Source: Octopus bimaculoides (lineage: Eukaryota). From it: a stretch of DNA of 41,451 nucleotides. Both the position numbers and the translations under genes were made by a program. The stretch lies in the NCBI RefSeq assembly GCF_001194135.2, contig NC_069004.1, positions 2,889,613 to 2,931,063 on the forward strand, written 5' to 3'. How positions within the stretch are numbered: position 1 is the first letter of the stretch; every line of letters begins with the position of its first letter. The notes under the pieces are model-generated. The model had not been told where the DNA came from. It ran no database searches and was given only the letters and a program-made list of their open reading frames with translations. This document shows, piece by piece, positions 21,687-41,451 of the stretch.

Positions 21687-22007
21687 AAGAGCACTCAGAG
21701 AGTGCAAACCTTCACCGAGACAACACCAATGTCCTTTCAACGGTTAGCCAGAGATGATTTTTAAAATGAGAATATCTGAAATAAACTCGAATGCTAAAAA
21801 TTAAGAAAGAAAAAAACAGGAAAAATAGTCCAGAATCCTTGTTTGGTACCAGATCGATCCCAAAATCTAATCAGTTCGTGCCAGTCATGAGGCCAAACAT
21901 CCCTGAAAATTTCATCTGAATCCATCCAGCGGTTCTTGAGATATCTTGTCCATGGATGAACAAACGCAACTGAAAACAATACCTCTGCCTTCACGAAGGC
22001 AGAGGTT
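21687..22007 (+). mobile_element. Helentron/DINE-1-like non-autonomous element (HINE); partial reverse copy at about 3231-3450
   Basis: Begins aagagcactcagagagtgcaaacc, ends in a perfect 11-bp hairpin acctctgcctt-cacg-aaggcagaggt, and sits in AT-rich sequence without an obvious TSD. Family assignment is inferred. Confidence 0.55.
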
Positions 22008-22577
22008 AATAATCAATGACAACAACAACAGTTCAAAAAGAAGAAAAATAAATAGAGGAAGCAAACAGTAATATATAAAGAAGTTTCTTTTTATATCATA
22101 AGTGCTCCATCTCTCTCCAGTTTCAGTTTGTCAAACCATCACATAACATAGATCATTGCTACTATCTCCGAAAGGAGCACAGTGAAGTGGGGGGAGGGGG
22201 CAGGGAGAAGAAAAACCCCCCCAGAAAGATAGAGATAGTGACAAACANNNNNNNNNNNNNNNNNNNNNNNNNNNNNNNNNNNNNNNNNNNNNNNNNNNNN
22301 NNNNNNNNNNNNNNNNNNNNNNNNNNNNNNNNNNNNNNNNNNNNNNNNNNNNNNNNNNNNNNNNNNNNNNNNNNNNNNNNNNNNNNNNNNNNNNNNNNNN
22401 NNNNNNTATTATAATTATTATTATTATTATTAAAGCAGATACAAGAGAAGAAGAAATTTATAGCAAATACACACATTTGTGTGTGTGTGTAATATATATA
22501 TCTATATATGCATGTATAAATATACATGTGTATATATGCATATATGTGTAGCTATACATATTTATACACATTCTCAA

Positions 22578-22608
<31 letters not shown>

Positions 22609-22929
22609 TAGGCACACACACACTCATACTTTCTCATTCACTTTGAACTCTTTTTCTCTGCCAAGAAACAAAAAACTGAAAATAACAAAAACAACCAAGA
22701 AGAAAGATGGGAAGAGAGAGAAAAACAAATAAAAAATCTTTTTAAAGAATTAAATTAAAAAATAACAAAAGAAAAAGCAATAACAATAACAAAAAACACA
22801 TATAAATATACACACGAACACACACACGCACTGCACACAAACACAAGACACACATAAACGCATTTAGTAAACACAAGCACTTTTCCGTGTTTGCACGCAA
22901 AGGAAAAAGTAAGAAGGAAGAAGGAGAAG

Positions 22930-22966
22930 GAAAGAGGTAGATAGATGGATAGAGCAATATATAGAG

Positions 22967-22997
<31 letters not shown>

Positions 22998-23300
22998 GCG
23001 ATATAGAGAGAGACAGATAGATAGATAGACAGACAGAGCAATATGAAGACAGATAGATAGATAAAGAGATGGAGAGAGAGAGAAAGAGACAGACAGACAG
23101 GCAGATTTATAGATAGATAAATAAAGAGATGAGGGATAAACAGAGAGATATGTAGAGATAGATAGATACATAGAAAGGTAGATAAAGAGATAGATAGATA
23201 GAAAAATAAAAAATAGGTAGTGAGATAAATAGACAAAGAGAAACAGATAGAAATAGAGAGATAGAAAGGTAGATAAAGAGATAGACATAGATAGAAGTAA
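22930..23300. repeat. (GATA)/(GACA)-rich tract in the presumed FAM8A1 3' UTR
   Basis: Directly visible. Confidence 0.9.
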
Positions 23301-23409
23301 ACAGGTTTTGAGAAGGAAAAAATTCAGGAAAATGCTCTCCAAACAACAAGAACGACAACACTAAACAATAAAACAGTTAAACAAAGGCGAAAGTTAGGGG
23401 GAGAGACGG

Positions 23410-34687
<11,278 letters not shown>

Positions 34688-34884
34688 GTTTGGTCACGCT
34701 CTTACTTCGAAACCACGCGAGACTACAAAAAAAAAAAAACGAGACCCACACGCGCACGCGCACTCTCAACGAGATTTCAACAGAATTATTGGGATTGGTG
34801 GAATCAGTTGCGCGTCGGACAAAAATATTCAACGGCAATTTTTTTTTCTTTTTTTTTTNNNNNNNNNNNNNNNNNNNNNNTCTA

Positions 34885-35290
34885 GTGGCATTTCTTCCGT
34901 TCTCAGTTCGAATTCCACCGAGATCAGCCGTGACTTTTATTTTTTTCGAGGTCGAAAAATAAGTCCTAGTTGAACACAAGGACTAATTTAAACCGACTAA
35001 CTCCCTACTTTAAAATTGCTGGCCTTGTGCCAACATTTAAAACCATATTATGCTAACAGAGGCGATGAGCTGGCAGAATTATTTGTACGCGGAACGAAAT
35101 CCTAAGCGGCGTTTCTTCCGGCTCCACGTTCTAAGTTCAAATTCCGCCAAGGTCGACTTTGCCTTTCATCCTTTCGAGGGCGGAGGGTGTCGATGAAATA
35201 AGTAGCAATCGAATACTGAGATCAATGTAATCGATTAGCCCCCATCCCCAAAATTTCAGGACATATACCTATAAGAGAAAGGATTATTTT
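34885..35290 (+). mobile_element. Two family-A SINE copies upstream of FAM8A1
   Basis: Head and core motifs at about 34885-35040 and 35060-35290. Confidence 0.75.
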
Positions 35291-35506
35291 CCTCTTTTAG
35301 CACACGATACTTTAATGTTTATTTTTCTTGACAAATTTTGTCTTTTCATCAACAGGAAACGTGTTTGCTCTTTGACAGCTGTAAACCATCCTTTTTTTTT
35401 TGCATCTCCTCAAAGCATTTTGACTTCGTCTTCTTACAAGAGTTATTTCTCTTCCTTCGTAGTGCAAACTTTAAACTTTTAGATATTTTATCATCAACTG
35501 TTTACA

Positions 35507-35585
<79 letters not shown>

Positions 35586-35595
35586 NNNNNNNNNN

Positions 35596-35651
<56 letters not shown>

Positions 35652-35670
35652 GTCTGTCTGTCTGTCTGCC
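35507..35670. repeat. (TATC)n/(TGTC)n compound microsatellite
   Basis: Directly visible. Confidence 0.9.
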
Positions 35671-36637
35671 TGCCTATCTGTCTTTCCATACATACATAAT
35701 ACATACATACATTAACTGTTTATTTATCTATTTTGTCCTCGTCCCTTTCAAACCATACACGGTAACCCGGAACAATTTTTTTTCGGCAGTTTCGGCTTAA
35801 GAACCTACACGTCTCTCTGTCTCTCTTTCTTTCTTTCTTTCTTTCTTTCTAGGTATTTCAACCCAGGTATTTCCACCTCCCCACGCATACATACATACCA
35901 TTCATATTTTTCTTGAAGATTATTCCGAAGAAAATGTACTTTCTGGTTGCTGCTCCTGATTTCAAAAGTGCTGATTTAATGCCTTGTTAGTGGAAATTGG
36001 AAGATTGCCAACTGCTTCGAAACACGTCGTGAGTGCATCCATCGACGCACAGAAAGATTTATACCACACGTACGCATGCGTGCGCACACACGCATGCACG
36101 CGCGCACACGCACATGCACGCTCGCGCGCATATAGGTGCTTATAGAAGTACACATACACGCGTGCACACAAACTCACACTAAACTACACGCACAAATGTA
36201 TATATATGTACACACACACATGTTTGATATTATATAATAAAAATAAGAGATGTATGAAATAAGAATATACATGAAAATATAAAAAAGAAAAAAATCGATA
36301 TGTGGAGGTGATACAGCGAATATATGAAAAACCTTATTAAAAATTAAGAATTAAAAGTTAGAAATTACATTGACAGCAGTGAGAAATCTTAATTTTTATA
36401 TTTTAATAAGATATGTACCGTATAAAATCAGTGGATATGAGAGTTAAATATATTTATTCATCCACTTGACATCCTGAAGATTACGGCCGTTTCGCAGCCG
36501 TCTTCGGGTCGAAGTAATTTTAGTGTTGAATAAAATTGTGTTTAGATGTTTGTATTAATAATATGCCTGTTATATGTTTATTGTACAATACAATTGTATA
36601 TTGACAAATCAATGCAAATAATGAAAACTAACACACG

Positions 36638-36692
<55 letters not shown>

Positions 36693-37572
36693 NNNNNNNN
36701 NNNNNNNNNNNNNNNNNNNNNNNNNNNNNNNNNNNNNNNNNNNNNNNNNNNNNNNNNNNNNNNNNNNNNNNNNNNNNNNNNNNNNNNNNNNNNNNNNNNN
36801 NNNNNNNNNNNNNNNNNNNNNNNNNNNNNNNNNNNNNNNNNNNNNNNNNNACGTAGATATGTTTTTATTTATTTATTTAATCATTTATTTAACTCCATAT
36901 TTATCTTTCAGCCAGGATTACGAAAGGATAAACACACTCGGAATCATTAATCTGCTTAAAAACAAACGCAGAAAATATAAATGTATTGTATAATATATTG
37001 TGTGTGTGTGTGTATATATGTGTGTGTGCGCACGTATGTGTCTGTATGTATGTATGTATGTGTGTATGTATGTATGCATGTGTGTGTGTGTGTGTCTCTT
37101 CTGTATTTAATCGTTTAAGTTTTTCCTCCGAGGAAGAATCTGGTTTCTAACAAAGTTACGAAAGCTCCATCATTGGAATGTAAATAACGAAATTAACGTC
37201 ACATTTTAAATTTGAGGAAAGTCTCGCAGACTTTTACTGTTCCGCTTACAAATTGTATTTCTAATTTGAGAGTTAGTTGGTTGATTTCTTTTTCTGAAAA
37301 CCCCCAGCTTATCCAGACTGACAGCTTAGGCATTTGCTTACAAAACCAAATGCTATGTATGTATGTATGTATGTATGTATGTATGCAACTGGACATATCT
37401 ACAGTTTCGTGCCCCATGCCCAAATTTGTTTCTTAATAACGTTTCTTTTTAAATGAAATTTTATAGAGATGCTTTTTCGAAGATATGAAGGTGCGAAATA
37501 GCGTAGATCCTTCGTACGATAACTGGTGGGGATTTGGCGACGTTCTGTGTCTATTTTCTATTTGTCTGAGCC

Positions 37573-37606
<34 letters not shown>

Positions 37607-38016
37607 ATTTATAGAAAAATAAAAGACGAAGACAGGTGTATAAACAACAAGCAGGTGTATTAGTCTGACGCCGGGGAAGGTGAGAAAGGGATATAAAATA
37701 CTAAACTTTCGTTCATATTTGCTATGAAACTGATTCTTCTGAGTAATTTTAAGTGGATTAAGACTGTTCGGTGAACTTTTTTTTATCCTTTATTATCGAC
37801 TGAAAAAATGTTACTCTTATTTGACTGCAATGTATACCGTTTTTCGTTTTTTTCTCTTTGTTTTTAATGTAGGACGCGTTGGATTAATGTCGACCTAAAT
37901 AAACTACGTTGAGAAAAAAAAAAAAAAGGCGAAGAAGGAGCAGTAGAAGCAGAAGCAGCAGCAGCCATAACAGTAGCTGCCAACGTGTCGTATTGATCGA
38001 GATTGACTTTGAACCT

Positions 38017-38066
38017 AACAACAACAACAACTACTACTACTTCTACTACTACTTCTACTACTACTT

Positions 38067-38119
<53 letters not shown>

Positions 38120-38147
38120 GTTACTACTACTACTACTACTACTACTG

Positions 38148-38180
<33 letters not shown>
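38017..38180. repeat. (ACT)n trinucleotide array
   Basis: Directly visible; about 160 bp with few interruptions. Confidence 0.95.
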
Positions 38181-38488
38181 GTATTCAGCTTAGCAGTTGA
38201 CAGTCGTTTGGTCAAATTTGGCAGAGTCGTGACGGCGTTTGTCATGTTCGTTCCGGTCGGTTCTCTCTGCATCTCGAGTTCGAATCCCGCCGAGATCAAA
38301 GTCACCTTTAGAGTAGCTAGAGTGTGTGCCGCCCGGAGCGGCCCTTCCATTTGCCTCCCCCGGACCCCAGAAAGAGCAGATATTGCTTACAGTAGACCCA
38401 AAAGTGCTGCCCCTTTAAAAGCGTCGCCCGGGGCGGACAGCCTCTACCGCCGCGCCCCTAGCTACGCTAGTGTCCCCGTCCATCTTTT

Positions 38489-38523
<35 letters not shown>

Positions 38524-38544
38524 CTCTCTCTCTCTCTCTCTCTG

Positions 38545-38576
<32 letters not shown>

Positions 38577-38710
38577 GTTATCCAACTGTCACATCTTGGA
38601 TGTTCCGATGGCTCAGTAGTGACAGGTACCGAAAGCCTGCAGCTGGTCGGCGTTTGCTCACGTCTACCCGGGTGTCTAAATCCGATTAGCGAAAGAACCG
38701 TACATCTTGA

Positions 38711-38713
<3 letters not shown>

Positions 38714-38800
<87 letters not shown>
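38714..38800. repeat. (CA)n microsatellite
   Basis: Directly visible. Confidence 0.95.
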
Positions 38801-38801
<1 letters not shown>

Positions 38802-39039
38802 GTACTCACATACACACGCAAATATATGTAGAAGTGAGTTAATGGATCTCCGTCGCTTCAAACGAAGACTGTTCCAACTGTTTGATGAACCGAACAGACT
38901 GCTCATTGCGTAACAGTATAAATACTTAAGTAGAATACCCTTAACACAAACGCATCTACCCATAACGTAGTCCTCAGATTCAGCATAACACTGGGTATGT
39001 AATGAAACAGACCCTTTCAATTACGGGTAGTAAATAAGG

Positions 39040-39225
39040 GGACAAAATACTTAGCAGTATTTTGTCTGCTTTTACGTTCTGAGTTGAAATTCCACCGAGG
39101 TCGTCTTTGTCGTTCATCCTTTCGGAGTTAATAAATTAAGTACCAGTTGCATTCTGGGGTCCATCTAATCGACCGGTCCCCTTCCCCCAAAATTTCGGGC
39201 CTTGTGCCTAGAATAGAAAAGAATT
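39040..39225 (+). mobile_element. Family-A SINE
   Basis: tacgttctgagttgaaattccaccgaggtcg..aaatttcgggccttgtgcctagaatagaaaag. Confidence 0.75.
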
Positions 39226-40514
39226 ACGGGTAGTAAATTCTACCCGGTACTCTTTCACACCGTTTCCCTACCCAGTTTCTTTGTGACTATATCTATGTTG
39301 GATAGTTATGAAGCTTGCCCCACTTATCACATTGTAGGTTCGAACCTGGGACTTCTCACTCGTGCACATCCGTCGCACAGTTCGATGTGCTTTAAAACTT
39401 AAGAAAAAAAAAATAACGATCCAAGGGAGATTACTCTTCTTTAAAGTCATTACAATCATCATCATCATCATCTTCATCGTCGTCGTCGTAGTCGTCGTCA
39501 TCATCACCATCATCATCATCATCATCATCATCCTGCAGAGAACGACAACTATCTTTTACAAGTATTCATTAGTGAAGTGGAAACGTTTCGGAACGTGCAA
39601 GGGAGATAACACGTATGTGACATTCGAGTAGGAATGTAGCAGTTATTTCCCTTCAAATTATGCACTTACGGAAACTCAAGCATAAAGACAATTGCGATGT
39701 TCTGTATCAGTAAAAACAGGTTGTTCTCTGAAATAAATCACTTATTAATGAATCTGCAACTTTTAGTTTGTTGATCTGACACCAGGGCGGCGCTTTTAAT
39801 AGCGCTTAGCTGCCAAAATTTCGAGATATCATTGTGTCCGTTTATGATACTTAATTAAATTTTAGCCTTCCAGGGGGTCGTGCAAGCGACCAAGAGATGT
39901 TTTACATGTCGGTGCTAGCATCACTAAGCAGAAGCATAAACCATTCTCTATATTCGAAAATGTGGAAGAATTTGAAGAATTTAGATAGAAAAGCATCTTT
40001 ATGTGAGTATTATCGAATCGAATCATTAACCGTGAATGATTAAAATTAACAAAAGGAGTAAATTTTAAGGGACCAATTTATAATTTTCGCTACTTTTCTG
40101 TGGTCCACCAACAGCTTGAAACAAAAATTTTGTTAAATTCGAAAGGGCCAAACCGTTTGTTGCGAGATTACGTTCTCACGATTTCGGGGTTTATCCGAAT
40201 TTTTCTTTTTCCGGAGGCGTTTAAGTTTAGATTTGAGAGGACAAAACGTCCCCACCCCGTTAAAGGTGAGATTTAAGAGATTCAAGCTTACAAGCTCATG
40301 AGGCCGGCACTTACCTGGATTTTCAAGTTTAGGCTGAAAGGTAAAGACACGCAGGGATAGAGATAGCAGTGATATCTCTGCTAGAGATATACACAGAGTC
40401 ACTGTGCTTAAGCAGGCACGGGTGCCGCGAATACCCAGTGTGATTACGTATAAATAATTACACTGTACAACAAGAATAATCATTATTTTGATTACGGTTT
40501 TGTTATCGGTAGGA

Positions 40515-40730
40515 CAAGGCCTAAAATTTCGCGGCTGGGTGGGGGGTGGTTGGGGGTAAGTCGATTACATCGACCCCCAGACTTCAACTAGTACTTACTT
40601 TATCAATCTCCGAAGGACGAAAGGCAAGGTCGACTTCGGCAGAATTTGAACTCAGAATATAAAATAAAGACAGACGAAGTGCCGTTAAGCCTTTCGCCTG
40701 GCGTGCTAACGACTCTACCACCTCACCGTC
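40515..40730 (-). mobile_element. Family-A SINE
   Basis: Reverse complement of the family-A core (gaaggacgaaaggcaaggtcgacttcggcagaatttgaactcagaa). Confidence 0.75.
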
Positions 40731-41149
40731 TTAAATTTGCCTTAAGTGTACATAAGTCTGTGGATATATTTAGCTACTTCCACTGGAATTCAAAGATTTC
40801 TGATCGATTAGTCGATCGAACGATTGAACACTTCTGCTCGGAAATTCTGACCGAATCCTCCATCTCCATTTATGTTCCACGACGAAGGGAGGTAATATAT
40901 CGTTGGCTTTTTTTACGTGTTTCAGTCGTTGGATTGCGATAATGCTGGGGTATCACCTTGAAAGGGTTTTAGCAGAACAGATCGCCACCAGTTTTCTAAG
41001 CCTGGTGCTTAGTCTATCGGTTTCCATTTTGCCGAACCGTTCAGTTGCGGGACGTAAACATGCCAACTCTGGTTGTCAAGTGGTGGTGGGTGACGAATAC
41101 AAAAGCCCTCACGCCACCCCCATGCATCCCAACGGCCTCATACAGGGAA

Positions 41150-41407
41150 AGACGGGAGAGAGGTAGAGAGAGAGAGAGAGGAAGAGAGGGGAGAGAGGGG
41201 AGAGGAGGAAAGAGAGGTGAGAGAGAAATGGAGACAGAAATGGTGAGAGAGAGAAAGAGAAAAAAGAGAGAGGGGAGGAGAGAGAGTGGTAGAGAGAGAG
41301 AGGAGAGTGAAAGAGGGAGAAAAAGAGAGAGGGAGAGGAGGAGAGAGAGGTAGAGAGTGAGGGAGAGAGAGAGAGGTAGAGAGTGAGGGAGAGAGAGAAG
41401 GAGATAG

Positions 41408-41444
<37 letters not shown>

Positions 41445-41451
41445 GAGAGAG
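41150..41451. repeat. GA-rich purine tract running to the window end
   Basis: Directly visible. Confidence 0.9.

Noticed and set aside
36473-36508. - strand CCGAAGA-cggctgc-GAAA-CGGCCG-TA hammerhead-like string
   Set aside because: The core is altered, stem II cannot form and there is no stem I. At most it is a decayed remnant.

Overview
Repeat-rich, gappy animal genomic DNA. The SINE, RTE, CR1 and microsatellite content is typical of a cephalopod, probably Octopus (inference, no database search possible). Three spliced protein-coding genes are supported by translation and canonical splice sites. (1) ERGIC3 on the + strand: 10 coding exons visible from 3532 to 21014; exon 1 was not found, and the exons encoding LSIDAMD... 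and CCNTC... are presumably in N-gaps. (2) ROMO1 on the - strand, nested in the 7-kb ERGIC3 intron 11533-18566: last coding exon 13266-13374, first coding exon predicted inside gap 13546-14108, and a putative ETS-CRE promoter near 18040-18051. (3) FAM8A1 on the - strand: complete in 5 coding exons (34687-23410, 1716 nt, 571 aa), convergent with ERGIC3. The rest is tRNA-derived SINEs, RTE and CR1 LINE remnants, TTAA-flanked MITEs, a Helentron-like element, Penelope-like fragments, microsatellites and N-gaps. No rRNA, genuine tRNA gene or CRISPR array is supported. The most notable observations are the nested antisense ROMO1 with its intronic promoter, a near-perfect 87-bp inverted repeat in FAM8A1 intron 1, a minimal type-I hammerhead-like motif, and a MITE that occurs in tandem with a conserved 23-bp spacer. 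Repeat coordinates are approximate.
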